Origin: Chloroflexota bacterium
GTDB taxonomy: Bacteria; Chloroflexota; DTOL01; DAOUCN01
Reading direction: 5' to 3'
NCBI GenBank assembly: GCA_034431995.1
Contig: DAOUCN010000125.1
Coordinates: 1 to 51,064 of the forward strand
Length of the DNA: 51,064 bases
Part shown: in pieces, positions 32,896 through 42,460 of the stretch
Layout: every line of letters starts with the position of its first letter
Position numbering within the stretch: the stretch's first letter is position 1
Notes under the pieces: generated by a model
Databases searched by the model: none
Seen by the model: the letters and a program-made list of their open reading frames with translations, nothing else
What the model was told of the DNA's origin: nothing
Position numbers and translations under genes: made by a program

Positions 32896-33795
32896 TCACC
32901 CGCCGGTCGAACCGTCGATCCCGCGCCAGCTTCCGAAGCCCTTGGTGTGGCGCTGGTACGACGTGAAGACCGCGTTCTTGGTCCAGGGATCGTCGAAGGC
33001 GTCGAAAATCGGGTGGTCACGCCACAGGAAGTTCAGGTCGTGGACACCCTTGCTCGCCATCATGAACCAGTAGTTCGTGTTGGAAAGGTAGTGAACCACC
33101 ATCCAACTCAGGTCCTCTTCGATCAGGGCGTTGATCTCGTTGTCCGCCGTGTACGGCTTACCCGAGCTCCCCAGGATCTCGCGGGCCACGAACTTGTTCT
33201 CCGGCGCGATGATGCACATCGACGGGGCCATCAGGCGCGGGAGGTTGCGCTCGCTGGTCATGTTCTCGAACCGAGTGATCGCAGACTGGATGCCGGTGAT
33301 CGAGAACGCGATGTCCACGGTGGGGCGGTTGCGACGGGTGACCCCGTCCAGCCCGACGTGGGCACCACACAGCGCCTCGGACGCGGTGAAGCCGTAGTAG
33401 CTGGTGTCGAAGGCGTTGTTCAAGAGCGAGAACGCATCGACTTCCTGGCGGTTGCGAGAGGCGCGCTTCATCTCCGCGATCATCTCGCGCATGACGCCGT
33501 AGAGCTCGTCACGCCACATCTCCCAGGTAATCTCCACGGCCATGCCGAAGGGCGAAGCCTCGTAGGTCTTCTGCCCGCCGATCAGCGGCTCGTCGAGGGA
33601 GAACTGCGAACCCTCGCTCTTGGCCGGCATGGTGCCGAGACCGGCGATCTGGAGATCCTTGACCGGATTCCAGCCCATGTCGTCCACGTTGAAGATCCGT
33701 TCGTACTCCGTCGGCCGGTCCTTGCCGGTCTCGACGTAGACACGCCGGAAGTCGATCTGGAGCAGTTCCGCAAAACCGCCACGTCCGATTGCCAT
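32896..33795 (-). CDS. Major capsid protein, HK97-fold type (299 aa)
   Basis: Position after the scaffold and decoration-like genes. Size, strong RBS GGGGGAGAG, and a sequence pattern reminiscent of Mu gpT-like coat proteins. Not verified by search. Confidence 0.75.
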   Translation of the reverse strand: MAIGRGGFAELLQIDFRRVYVETGKDRPTEYERIFNVDDMGWNPVKDLQIAGLGTMPAKSEGSQFSLDEPLIGGQKTYEASPFGMAVEITWEMWRDELYGVMREMIAEMKRASRNRQEVDAFSLLNNAFDTSYYGFTASEALCGAHVGLDGVTRRNRPTVDIAFSITGIQSAITRFENMTSERNLPRLMAPSMCIIAPENKFVAREILGSSGKPYTADNEINALIEEDLSWMVVHYLSNTNYWFMMASKGVHDLNFLWRDHPIFDAFDDPWTKNAVFTSYQRHTKGFGSWRGIDGSTGG

Positions 33796-33821
33796 GTATC
33801 TCTCCCCCTAACCCTTCAGGA

Positions 33822-34295
33822 TCACGACACGCCGTACAGCGTGATGTCTACGGTGAAGACACCGCGCACGCGACCGTTGACGGTCCCAACGGCGTCTACG
33901 AACTCCAGGATGCGGAAGCGAGCATCGGCGTCCGTCTTCCCGGCGTCGATGTACCAGTAGCCGTCGGCATGCTTCGTCACGCCGTACTCGGCGTAGCGGT
34001 CGGTGACCGCCAGCGTGTGGTCGGCCGCTGCCGCCCCCAGCAGCTTGGCCTCGAACAACTGGTTCGGCAGCGCCGGGGTGAACCGAATGTCGGTGCCCTG
34101 CGTACCGCTGGCCGCCTGCTCGGAGACGCCCACGATGTCGGTCGGGTCCGTGCCGCCTTCGGCCAGGTACCCTGCGTTGTCTACGAGGATGGCGCCCTTC
34201 TCGAAGGTCTCGCCGGCATCCTCGGGGCCGGTGATGGACGGCGTGGCGTTGAGGCCCAGTGCCTTCGACGGCCCGAATCGTTCGCTGTACGGCAT
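33822..34295 (-). CDS. Head decoration / cement-type protein, tentative (157 aa)
   Basis: Small Gly/Ala-rich ORF immediately upstream of the capsid gene with a strong RBS. Assignment by position. Confidence 0.5.
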   Translation of the reverse strand: MPYSERFGPSKALGLNATPSITGPEDAGETFEKGAILVDNAGYLAEGGTDPTDIVGVSEQAASGTQGTDIRFTPALPNQLFEAKLLGAAAADHTLAVTDRYAEYGVTKHADGYWYIDAGKTDADARFRILEFVDAVGTVNGRVRGVFTVDITLYGVS

Positions 34296-34319
34296 TGTCT
34301 ACTCCCCCTCTGGGATTGC

Positions 34320-34979
34320 TTACTTGCGTCCGGGTAGTGGAAGCCCGGGCACACCTGACTCGGATTTGAGCATATTACCCAGCGCTTGTCCAGCGACTTG
34401 ACGTGCGGCGGCGCGCTGTTGCATTCGGTTCATCATTTCGCCCGACGCTTCGGTGTGAACGATGATGCCGTACTGGCGCAGCTTGTCCTGGTACTCGGCC
34501 AGGGTCTCGGTCACGCCCTCCTGCTGCATGCGGCGGCGGGCACGGTCCTTGCGGAGGTTGCGGAGCGCCAGGTCTTTGCGGATTCGCATGAGGATGCAGT
34601 CGCCCCAGCGACGGGTGGTGTCCGCCCCGATGCCCTTCAGTTCTTTGGCCTCGGGGTTGTCCCCCTGGACGACTTCCCAGCCCTCGATCTGGGCCTTGCG
34701 GATGAAGTAGCCCGAGCGGCCAGTGAACTGCCAGTGGTACTCGTACTCCGGCAGGCGCCCGGTGACCTCAGAACTGTCCAGGTGCTGGAGGATCTCGTTG
34801 ATGGGCTGGTACTTGGTGGGATCGATCTTGCCCGCCTCCACATCGTTCGCCAGTTCCTCGGCCAACTCGTCCAGTTCGTCCTTGCGCCGCGCCAGGACCT
34901 CCTTACGTTCATCGCCGGCCGGCGGCAGGTTCGGCTCGATGTGAGCGGCCTGGTTTTTCTTGATGCCTCGTGCGCGCAT
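34320..34979 (-). CDS. Hypothetical head-module protein (219 aa)
   Basis: ORF 34320..35024 trimmed to the ATG at 34979 (TAATG coupling to the scaffold-like gene). Confidence 0.7.
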   Translation of the reverse strand: MRARGIKKNQAAHIEPNLPPAGDERKEVLARRKDELDELAEELANDVEAGKIDPTKYQPINEILQHLDSSEVTGRLPEYEYHWQFTGRSGYFIRKAQIEGWEVVQGDNPEAKELKGIGADTTRRWGDCILMRIRKDLALRNLRKDRARRRMQQEGVTETLAEYQDKLRQYGIIVHTEASGEMMNRMQQRAAARQVAGQALGNMLKSESGVPGLPLPGRK

Positions 34980-35806
34980 TAGTTGGCCTCCATGTCCTTG
35001 GCCACCTTGGCGTAGGCAGCCCAATCAGCGTACCCCAGCTGACGCGCGAAGGCATCCGGGGACTGGTTGCGTGACTTGAGGGCCTGCGCCGCGTCCGCGC
35101 CACAGAGCTCCTCAACGGTGGGGATCTTCTCGCCGCTTTCCTGCTTGGTGACAGGGCGGATCAGGGAGGCCACGGGGTCGTTGACGACGTCCGCGTCTGC
35201 CATGCCCTGGGCCGCACGCACCCGGTCGGAGACGATCTCATCCAGGTGGTCCGAAACGACCTTGGCGTAGGCGACCTCGTAGACGCTGGGGTTGGTCAGG
35301 GCGTCAGCGGGCAGCTGGCCCAAGTAGCTGCGGATCTCGTCCGCGTACTTGCTGTAGTACGGCAGCTTGGCGCGGGCAGCGTCCTCGGTCAGCTTGGCCA
35401 AGGCCGAGACACCCGTCTCGCGCAGGGGGTTGATGTGCTGCGCCAACAACTGGCGCTCCCGCTTCTCCCCCTCGATCTGGGCCAGACGACGCATCATGGC
35501 CGCGCCGTGGCCGCTCTGCATGGCCTCTTCGATCTCTTCGTCCGTCGGCTCCACGATGTCCGGCAGCAGAATCTGCGCCGGTCGCTGCGGCTCCGGGGAC
35601 ATGTTGCGGGACAGCACCGCCCCCAGGTTCGCCTGGATGGCTGACAGCTGACCCTCGATCAAGCTCTGGAACTGCTTGAACTCGTCGGTCGGAACGAAGT
35701 TCCGGCCTCCCTCATTCCCGGAATCGGACGCCTCCGGCGCGTTGCTCTCCGGGGTCTCGGGGACGAGATTCGACTTGGGCACCTTTGGCCCGTGCTTTGA
35801 AGGCAT
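34979..35806 (-). CDS. Scaffolding-like protein (275 aa)
   Basis: Acidic, helix-rich and low-complexity. Lies between portal and capsid. ATG at 35806 behind GGAGGAGG. Confidence 0.6.
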   Translation of the reverse strand: MPSKHGPKVPKSNLVPETPESNAPEASDSGNEGGRNFVPTDEFKQFQSLIEGQLSAIQANLGAVLSRNMSPEPQRPAQILLPDIVEPTDEEIEEAMQSGHGAAMMRRLAQIEGEKRERQLLAQHINPLRETGVSALAKLTEDAARAKLPYYSKYADEIRSYLGQLPADALTNPSVYEVAYAKVVSDHLDEIVSDRVRAAQGMADADVVNDPVASLIRPVTKQESGEKIPTVEELCGADAAQALKSRNQSPDAFARQLGYADWAAYAKVAKDMEAN

Positions 35807-36065
35807 TCAGCGCCTCCTCCTCTTTGACTGGTGCAGTCACTGACCCGCTCAGTCTCTTCAGGGCTGCGTACTCTCCCCGCAGCGTTGGGATCTGCTCCAG
35901 GTCGCCAGCCGGATCGGCTAGCCGTTCGAGTACCCGGTGCTGTTGGTCATCAATCCACTCGAGCAAGGAACGATAGGCGAGTGGATTCTGGCACAAAAAG
36001 TCACGCCAGAACAGGATATCCCCGTCGGGCTTCGCCCTCCGGGGGCTCGGGGTTTGGGCGGTCAT
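35712..36065 (-). CDS. Hypothetical protein (117 aa); N-terminus encoded by element copy g, 3' end overlaps the scaffold gene by 95 nt
   Basis: ORF track; ATGA overlap with the portal stop. Confidence 0.5.
   Translation of the reverse strand: MTAQTPSPRRAKPDGDILFWRDFLCQNPLAYRSLLEWIDDQQHRVLERLADPAGDLEQIPTLRGEYAALKRLSGSVTAPVKEEEALNAFKARAKGAQVESRPRDPGEQRAGGVRFRE
36022..36061 (-). repeat. Dispersed bipartite element, copy g
   Basis: Minus-strand reading CCGCCCAAACCCCGAGCCCCCGGAGGGCGAAGCCCGACGG; hairpin GGGC-GAA-GCCC. Confidence 0.85.
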
Positions 36066-37951
36066 GCGGGCGGGCCTCCTTGACCCCCACCGCCTTGCGG
36101 TTCACCGCCACCCATCGCGCCCATTATCTGCTGGGCCATACCCTGCAGACCTATAGCCGTATTTGCCTCCACGCCGCCGATGGTCGGCTGCTGCTGGACG
36201 AGGTCGTCGAAGGCGATCAGGAAGGTCTCGGGGTCGCGAATCTGGTCGAAGGTCAGGATCAGGCGCTCCAGGGCCTCGGAGGAGGCGATGGCGATCCGGC
36301 GCGCAACCTCGCGCAGCTGGTCGGGCACCTGGGGATTCGAGGTCATGGCTACCAGCTGCATGACCTTTTCGTAGTAGCTGCCCATGAGGTTCATGAGGAG
36401 CAGGGCGTTCTGGCGGTCGCTGTCGCGGTTGGAACTCGCGGAACTGGCGGTCAGTTCGAGGGCGACGGCCTCGTCGAAGTCCGGAGAGGTCATGGTTGTC
36501 AGGACGGCTTCGGCATGCTGGTCCCCGACGATGCGGCGGATCTTGTCCTGCGCGGCCAGGTCACCAGCCAGGAGACGCTCCTGGTAGCGGAAGAGGGCGT
36601 GGCGCACGGCGTCTGCGACAGCCAGGCGCATGCCGTCGAACGCGGGGGTGAAGCGCTTGTTCACCTGCTGCAGCACCGACAGGGCGGTGATGCCGGGCGT
36701 TCGTGTGCCGAGCGGAGCGGACGGGCGGGCCTGCGAGATGTCAGAGACACCTACGCGGCGCTCGGCATAGGCCATGAGGATCGCTTCCGCGATCTGTGAA
36801 GAGGGGTAGACGTCTCCCAGCTGGAGGGCGGCGACGCTGTTCTTGGGGTCCTCGGAGAGGAGGACCTTGTTGGGCCAGATCGTCATCGTCTCGTCGATCT
36901 CGCCCTGTTTGCCGATCCACATGCGGCAGTTGGCCAGCATCATGTTCAGCATCCGGTGGTTGTGGGTCTCGGAGATCTCCTCCTCCAAGGGCTTCAGCAT
37001 CTCCAGGGGTCCCATCCCATAGAACAAGTGGGGACGCAGCTGGTAGCGCATGGCCACGAAGGGGCGACGCTGGAAGGGGTTCCACCGGCAGCGCAGGATC
37101 GACTTCGAGCTCCGGTCGTAGGTGATGAGGAGGTCTTCGGCGCGGCCGTCCCCGTCCACGTCGTAGTAGGCGTAGATGTCCCAGATCTCGTAGAGGTCGC
37201 GGGTCTCTTCGCCGGACTTGCGCTGACGGCCCAGCTGCTCGCGCTTCTGACGCACCGTGTCATCGGCCCCAGCGGTCTGCGCGGCGGTAATGTCCCAGCC
37301 CATCGTCTTCTGGCGCAGGACCATCTCGTCCTTGGTCAGCCAGTAGCGCATGGCGACCCAGCGAGCGTCCTGCAAATCAGAGGCCGCACCACCAGGGACC
37401 AGGAAGTCCTGGATGGGGACGCAGAAGATGGAGGGGCCAATATGGGAGAGCTCGACGGTCTTGGTCTTGCGGTGCCGGTTGATCCAGGGGATGTAGAGGA
37501 CCGCCGTGCCCAGCTGGACGTTGTCCAGGAGCGCATTGTCCACGGACCCGCGCAGGCCCCACTCGTTGGCCACGCCCCAGTTGATGAACTTCTGCAGGCC
37601 CTTGGCCGCAGCCGCGTACTTCGCGCCGATGGGCCGACAGGTCACGACCGGGGCCACCTGCCAGATTAGATCGACCGACTGGGCGTAGATGGCATCGGCC
37701 GCCATCGCGCCCACGGGAACCTCATAGTTGGGCGCGTTCTCGATGGGGACGTTGCGGATCTCCATCTTGGGCTGCGCCTCGTACATGCGGAGGCACTCGC
37801 GCCACATGGCTTCCAAGCTCGCCCGGGCGGAGAGCGCGTCTTCGAGCTCCTCTGTCACCCAGTTCGCCAACGCCTTGTAGGCGTCAGTGCGGGTAGACGG
37901 GCTGCCTTCGACGGGGAGAAGTTCGACGGTCTGCGTCAATTGAGTACCCAC
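36062..37951 (-). CDS. Portal protein (629 aa; start uncertain, GTG 37951 or TTG 37939)
   Basis: Size, position upstream of scaffold and capsid, an acidic YDVDGDGRAEDLL segment, and a Gly/Gln-rich C-terminus. Not verified by search. Confidence 0.7.
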   Translation of the reverse strand: MGTQLTQTVELLPVEGSPSTRTDAYKALANWVTEELEDALSARASLEAMWRECLRMYEAQPKMEIRNVPIENAPNYEVPVGAMAADAIYAQSVDLIWQVAPVVTCRPIGAKYAAAAKGLQKFINWGVANEWGLRGSVDNALLDNVQLGTAVLYIPWINRHRKTKTVELSHIGPSIFCVPIQDFLVPGGAASDLQDARWVAMRYWLTKDEMVLRQKTMGWDITAAQTAGADDTVRQKREQLGRQRKSGEETRDLYEIWDIYAYYDVDGDGRAEDLLITYDRSSKSILRCRWNPFQRRPFVAMRYQLRPHLFYGMGPLEMLKPLEEEISETHNHRMLNMMLANCRMWIGKQGEIDETMTIWPNKVLLSEDPKNSVAALQLGDVYPSSQIAEAILMAYAERRVGVSDISQARPSAPLGTRTPGITALSVLQQVNKRFTPAFDGMRLAVADAVRHALFRYQERLLAGDLAAQDKIRRIVGDQHAEAVLTTMTSPDFDEAVALELTASSASSNRDSDRQNALLLMNLMGSYYEKVMQLVAMTSNPQVPDQLREVARRIAIASSEALERLILTFDQIRDPETFLIAFDDLVQQQPTIGGVEANTAIGLQGMAQQIMGAMGGGEPQGGGGQGGPPA

Positions 37952-39105
37952 GCGACGAAGGTACCGGACGCCGGATCGACGGTCCCGCCAGACATGTTGC
38001 AGAAGATGACGCTGACGGTGTTCGCCGCGTTCGCGTACCCGTAGAAGATCCGCCCAGCGCCCTGAGCAGCGGTCGGCGCTCCCACGAAGACGGCGTCACC
38101 CGCTGCCGCGCCCGTGACCGTGATGGTCGAAGCGGCGGCGCAGTCCCCGTCCAGGGTGCTGCCGAAGTCGATGGTGCCTGTGCCCTTGTAGAGGCCAGAG
38201 AGGGTCGAGCCAGCTGCCGGGACCTTGAGGGTGGTAAAGACGCCTGTGTTCGGGGTCGTGGAGCCGATGGGGCCGGGGGACGTCCAGTCACCGCTATCCA
38301 GAAGATCGACGTTCAGGTTCGGCACCTTCGTCTGCGACGTGATGACGAGGGGCGGCGTGCCCGACGAGACGGTGGACGTGATGGTCGAGAAGGACGGGGT
38401 CGCGTTGGTGGCGACGCTCTGGCCGATGGCCACGCTGATGGTACCCGAGCCGTTGGTGACCGTGACCCCCGTGCCCCCAGTGATGGAGCCGACCGTCGGC
38501 TTGGCCCCGGTGGCGCCAATCAGCAGCTGGCCGTTGGTGAGCGTCACGCCCTCCAGATCGCCGGTCGCGTTGGACCGAATGCCCTGGTTGGGAGAGACAT
38601 CACCGTAGGGAACACGGGTGTAGAGTTGGGTGGAACTGGTGACCGACCCGCCGGAGGTGGTGATCTCCGCGATCACGATGCCGTCGTCGGCAGCCGCAAT
38701 CGTGGGCTCGGTGACCGAGGTACAGTCTACGAGGAAGTTGGTCGAACCCTGGCGAACGAAGTTGTCGATGGTCGAAGGGGTCGTATCCTTGGAGACCGCA
38801 AGCCAGCAGGTGTCGTTATCGGAGTAGGTGACCGAGCCAGACGCCGAGACATAGTACCCGCCGGGGAAGGCGATGCAGGACGAAATGGACTTCGTCAGCC
38901 CGGCCCCCGTCGAATGGGTACAACCCGACACCACGACCGAGTTGAAGATCAAGGCGTAGCGATCCGCGTCCTCCTGTTGTAGGAAGGACTGGAGCGTCGT
39001 CAGGAAGCTGGCTCCCGACGACGGCACCGTGTTGACTGTCTGGGTGGTCCCCTGGGCCCCGGAAGCCCAGAGGATCAGAGCCAGGAGCGCCCCCCAGCGC
39101 TGCAT
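37936..39105 (-). CDS. Tail-fibre-like protein with an N-terminal Sec-type signal sequence (389 aa)
   Basis: MQRWGALLALILWASGAQG. Fibre-type repeats LTNGQLLIGATGAKPTVGSITGGTGVTVTNGSGTISV and VPNLNVDLLD. Confidence 0.7.
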   Translation of the reverse strand: MQRWGALLALILWASGAQGTTQTVNTVPSSGASFLTTLQSFLQQEDADRYALIFNSVVVSGCTHSTGAGLTKSISSCIAFPGGYYVSASGSVTYSDNDTCWLAVSKDTTPSTIDNFVRQGSTNFLVDCTSVTEPTIAAADDGIVIAEITTSGGSVTSSTQLYTRVPYGDVSPNQGIRSNATGDLEGVTLTNGQLLIGATGAKPTVGSITGGTGVTVTNGSGTISVAIGQSVATNATPSFSTITSTVSSGTPPLVITSQTKVPNLNVDLLDSGDWTSPGPIGSTTPNTGVFTTLKVPAAGSTLSGLYKGTGTIDFGSTLDGDCAAASTITVTGAAAGDAVFVGAPTAAQGAGRIFYGYANAANTVSVIFCNMSGGTVDPASGTFVAWVLN

Positions 39106-39314
39106 TACGACGCCTTGCTGCCGCTTCGCGCCGACTCGGCATAGACGCCGTTGGTGGAGATCGCCTGCCGCATGGTGATCGCACCCGCTCCGAAGAAGAC
39201 GCCATCCGGGATGGCATCGAGGATGGGAACCTCAATGCCGAAGGCCGTCAGCACCGTCTTGGTCAGGTAGATCACCGCGAGCCAGAAGGTCTTGCTTTTC
39301 AGGAGGGCCATCAT
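39105..39314 (-). CDS. Holin-like small membrane protein (69 aa)
   Basis: Two hydrophobic helices and a charged C-terminus. Lies two genes downstream of the endolysin in the same operon. Confidence 0.5.
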   Translation of the reverse strand: MMALLKSKTFWLAVIYLTKTVLTAFGIEVPILDAIPDGVFFGAGAITMRQAISTNGVYAESARSGSKAS

Positions 39315-39424
39315 GAACTCCGCACGTTGCGAACCGACCCCGACTTGGGGGCCTTGCCGTTGCCCTTGCCTCCAGCCTTGGGGCCGGGCAGCTTCACTGA
39401 CTGACTATACACCTTCTTCATCAT
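39311..39424 (-). CDS. Small Lys/Gly-rich basic peptide (37 aa, MMKKVYSQSVKLPGPKAGGKGNGKAPKSGSVRNVRSS)
   Basis: Translated by hand. RBS GAGGAGA. 4-nt overlap with the holin-like gene. Confidence 0.4.
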   Translation of the reverse strand: MMKKVYSQSVKLPGPKAGGKGNGKAPKSGSVRNVRSS

Positions 39425-39442
39425 GTTGTCTCCTCTACCAGA

Positions 39443-39766
39443 TCATCGAACCCCTTGCCACTCGAAGCTGAAGTGGTTGCCGTCACCGAACCGGCCACCC
39501 CAGCGGGCCAGGGGATGTTGGGTTTCCCACCACTCCCCGAGCGAGCGGTAGTCTTCCGACTTCGTCAAGTAGTGGCCGGCGGGCCGGTCCAGCAAGAGAT
39601 CGACTGCCAGGCCTACCCGATGCGTCGAGTGCGGGTGCCCGTAGGTCACGCGAGGATCGCGGAAGGCATCGCGCAGGCGCGGCCAGTAGCCCTGTCGGAT
39701 GGCCTCGACAATGAGCCGAGCGACCAGTTCCGTGTGAGCGTATTGGAGTCGGAGGAGCTCACTCAT
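39443..39766 (-). CDS. Endolysin, peptidase M15 type (VanY / L-alanyl-D-glutamate peptidase-like) (107 aa)
   Basis: ORF 39443..39988 trimmed to the ATG at 39766 (MSELL...), downstream of element copy h. Zn-ligand pattern HSTHRVGLAVDL ... DGNHFS. Confidence 0.75.
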   Translation of the reverse strand: MSELLRLQYAHTELVARLIVEAIRQGYWPRLRDAFRDPRVTYGHPHSTHRVGLAVDLLLDRPAGHYLTKSEDYRSLGEWWETQHPLARWGGRFGDGNHFSFEWQGVR

Positions 39767-39998
39767 CGAAGGTGTCCTGCCACAAATCTCCTCGGCCTTC
39801 GGCCTCGGAGGGCTCGGGGTTTGAGCCGTCATCGTCCCACACAAGCTGCTGCGGGTAGAGCGTCTGCGGGTACGGGTTGGCGTTCCTCGGGGGGTAGGAA
39901 TAGACGAATTGGTAGGAGTCGCCCCGGTTGATCCACCACACGTCCGCTGACGCCAGCCCTGGGAGACCCAGGACCAGCGCCAGGACAAGGACGCGCAT
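39759..39998 (-). CDS. Small secreted protein (79 aa)
   Basis: Signal peptide MRVLVLALVLGLPGLASA. Its 3' end runs through element copy h. Confidence 0.55.
   Translation of the reverse strand: MRVLVLALVLGLPGLASADVWWINRGDSYQFVYSYPPRNANPYPQTLYPQQLVWDDDGSNPEPSEAEGRGDLWQDTFDE
39788..39827 (-). repeat. Dispersed bipartite element, copy h
   Basis: Minus-strand reading GGCTCAAACCCCGAGCCCTCCGAGGCCGAAGGCCGAGGAG; hairpin GGCC-GAA-GGCC. Confidence 0.85.
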
Positions 39999-40243
39999 TA
40001 GATGCCCCAGCCGTGGGGCGCGACGCTGAAGCCGAAGACGAAGGGCGCCCAGCCCTTGTAGGGGTCGGCGTCCGTGAAGACGGCCTTCAGGTCGTCCATC
40101 ATCACGCGGATGTGCTCGACCGTAGCCGCCACCTCCGCGTAGGGGATGCCGTCCGCGATCTTCACGCGCTGCTTCTCGGCGGTGAAGCCCGGCGGAACCG
40201 GGGTCGTGTAGTAGACAGTGACGTCGTAGAGTCCAGAGGGCAT
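39998..40243 (-). CDS. Hypothetical protein (81 aa)
   Basis: ORF track; RBS AAGGAGA. Confidence 0.65.
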   Translation of the reverse strand: MPSGLYDVTVYYTTPVPPGFTAEKQRVKIADGIPYAEVAATVEHIRVMMDDLKAVFTDADPYKGWAPFVFGFSVAPHGWGI

Positions 40244-40255
40244 GTTCGTGTCTCC

Positions 40256-40363
40256 TTACGGCAGATTATACCACACGGATTCGAGCCAGAAATGGTAGCA
40301 GAACGAGGCGAAGGTCGCCGCTCCCAGGAGCCACCAAAAGTGGCGGATCTCTCGGTTGGACAT
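40256..40363 (-). CDS. Small membrane peptide (35 aa, MSNREIRHFWWLLGAATFASFCYHFWLESVWYNLP)
   Basis: Translated by hand; TGATG coupling to the upstream gene. Confidence 0.4.
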   Translation of the reverse strand: MSNREIRHFWWLLGAATFASFCYHFWLESVWYNLP

Positions 40364-42459
40364 CAATCCGGTGCGGCCTTGTTGCAGGCAGGCAGGGTGC
40401 AGCTGTTGCACTTGGTCGCGTTGAGGCCGGTGTTGGTGTAGCTGGCCCCGCCGCCCGAGCAGACGCAGCCGCCCAGGGCGCCGTTGATGCCGCAGGAGCA
40501 GATGCGACAGATGTCGGTGTCGGACAGTTCGTGGTCCTCCACGAAGCAGGTGTCCACGGTGCCGGTCCAGCCGAAGTCACCGCCGCCAGCCTGGAAGGTG
40601 CCAGTCGTGGTGCTGCCGATGTCGCTCTGAGTCGCTGCGGAGCCGAAGCCGCTGCCGCCTGCGTAGGCCTTCAGTTCGTTGTTGGCGTCGTCGAAGGTGC
40701 AGGCTGCGAAGGTCAGGGAGTTGGCCGTCCAACTGTTCAGGGCCGTATTAGCGCTCACCGCGGCGGTCGCGGCCGGCTTGCTCTGACAGGTGACGTTGTT
40801 GTTGGTCGTGGTGCGCTGGATGTTCCAGCGGTTGGTCGCGCTGGTCCAGTACATCATGGTGCCGGCTTCGGCGTCCGTCGGCACATAGCCGTAGCAGCCC
40901 CAGGTGGCGCCCGCGACGCTGGCCAAGTTGATCTCGTTACAAGTGCCGGCGTCACAGCTGAGATACTCGCTGAGACTCGTGTCGGCCTGAGCGCCGCCGG
41001 AGCCGAAGGCATAGTGGCCGGACGTGGTGTCCTTCAAGACGTTGTTGTTGTTCGCCAGCGCGCAGTCGGTCGTGCAGGTGCCGGTCGAGGCGCGGGTCGC
41101 GCCCGAGGCCTCGTCCATCTCCCAGACCGCCACAAAGCTGGACGACCAGTCGGGGGCCGAGACGTCGCCGCTGGTGGCCGTCGGGGTAGCCGTCGGAGCC
41201 GGGGTGTTCGTGATGGTCGGCGTGCTGGTTACGGTGACGGTGGCGGTACGGGTGACCGTCGGGACCGGCGTGTCGAGCGTCGTCGGCGCGGCCTTGCACC
41301 AGAAAGCGCTGAAGTAGGTCTGCGTGTTGTCGTTGCAACTGGTCTCGGTGGCCGGACCGCCGGTCACCTCCATGCTGCCGTTCACCAGGCGCAGACCGTC
41401 CGTGTCGTCCGGAGCCGCTTGCTGCTGGATGTAGAAGTCGTCGCCCGTGATGTTGCCCGGACCCGCCAAGTTGTTCGAGATGTTCTGGGCACGGATGGCA
41501 TCGCACTCCTGGTGCGCGCAGCCGCTGGGAGTCCCCAACTCGTCGAAGAAGTCCTCCATCGTCACGACGCCCGTGATGGAGCACGCAGCCGGGCCAAAGG
41601 TCTGAACGTCGGCTCCCGTGCCGCAGTTGTTGCCGCCCGAGGTGCCGTTGCCGGTCCAGTTGAAGACGCCGCCTTCGGTGGAGTTGGCGACGTTCCACCA
41701 CGCGCCGTGATACACCACCGCGTTCTCGTTCAGGTGACTGCCGACTTCAACGGTGTTGGTGCCCAGGCCCCGGATCATGTTGGCGTCCGAGGCGGCACCC
41801 GTGCTGTGCGCCCAGATCACGGACTGGGTCGTGGCCATGTCGGACGTCTTGCCGACAAAGGCGTTCGCCGCCACGGGGGCGTCCCCGTTGTTGATATTCT
41901 GGATCATCACCAGACTGGCCGTCGTCAGGTTCCCGGCGTTCTGGAGCGTGATCGTGCGGGGCGAGGACCCGTTGCCCGTGTAGGTGAAGGTCCCGTGCCA
42001 ATTGGGCGCCGTAGACCACTCGTACCAGCAGAAGTTCTCCAAGTTCTCGTTGAGGCTATCGCCGTTGGTGACGTCCGTGGCGTTGGCGTCCACGATGAAG
42101 CCGTTACTGGAGTAGCCGTCGAAGAGCGACGTGCCGGTGTTGTTGACGCAGTTCGACTGCCCGCGCCCAAGAATACCGGCGCCGACCAGGGTCGGAGAGA
42201 GCCAGCGGTTGCAGAAGGCCTCGGACGTCGTGACCTTGTTGACGAAGAGGAGACCCGCATTGGTCGCGGGGATGCCGGTCTGAATGAGGCGGTTCTGGGT
42301 GCCGTCTCCCCGATAGCAGCCGTAGGCGAAGAGCCGAGGCGTCTCCTCCGTCGCGAGGGAGGTCAGCGGGCAGCAGCACTCCGTACACGGGCCATCGAGC
42401 CCAGGCGCCGCTTCGGGGAGCAGGCTGAGCAGGAGACCCAGAACCGCCAGCAGGCGCAT
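40363..42459 (-). CDS. Secreted Cys-rich two-domain protein with an internal TPT linker; C-terminal LamG/ConA-like domain is tentative (698 aa)
   Basis: Signal peptide MRLLAVLGLLLSLLPEAAPG. About 30 Cys. Linker TPVPTVTRTATVTVTSTPTITNTPAPTATPTATS. Confidence 0.75.
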   Translation of the reverse strand: MRLLAVLGLLLSLLPEAAPGLDGPCTECCCPLTSLATEETPRLFAYGCYRGDGTQNRLIQTGIPATNAGLLFVNKVTTSEAFCNRWLSPTLVGAGILGRGQSNCVNNTGTSLFDGYSSNGFIVDANATDVTNGDSLNENLENFCWYEWSTAPNWHGTFTYTGNGSSPRTITLQNAGNLTTASLVMIQNINNGDAPVAANAFVGKTSDMATTQSVIWAHSTGAASDANMIRGLGTNTVEVGSHLNENAVVYHGAWWNVANSTEGGVFNWTGNGTSGGNNCGTGADVQTFGPAACSITGVVTMEDFFDELGTPSGCAHQECDAIRAQNISNNLAGPGNITGDDFYIQQQAAPDDTDGLRLVNGSMEVTGGPATETSCNDNTQTYFSAFWCKAAPTTLDTPVPTVTRTATVTVTSTPTITNTPAPTATPTATSGDVSAPDWSSSFVAVWEMDEASGATRASTGTCTTDCALANNNNVLKDTTSGHYAFGSGGAQADTSLSEYLSCDAGTCNEINLASVAGATWGCYGYVPTDAEAGTMMYWTSATNRWNIQRTTTNNNVTCQSKPAATAAVSANTALNSWTANSLTFAACTFDDANNELKAYAGGSGFGSAATQSDIGSTTTGTFQAGGGDFGWTGTVDTCFVEDHELSDTDICRICSCGINGALGGCVCSGGGASYTNTGLNATKCNSCTLPACNKAAPD

Positions 42460-42460
42460 A

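Noticed and set aside
39105-39998. A spanin (Rz/Rz1) pair in the lysis region, with 39759..39998 as the o-spanin.
   Set aside because: The 79-aa protein has a signal peptide but no lipobox cysteine, and there is no embedded or adjacent i-spanin-like partner. The lysis cassette is therefore called only as a holin-like protein plus an M15 endolysin.
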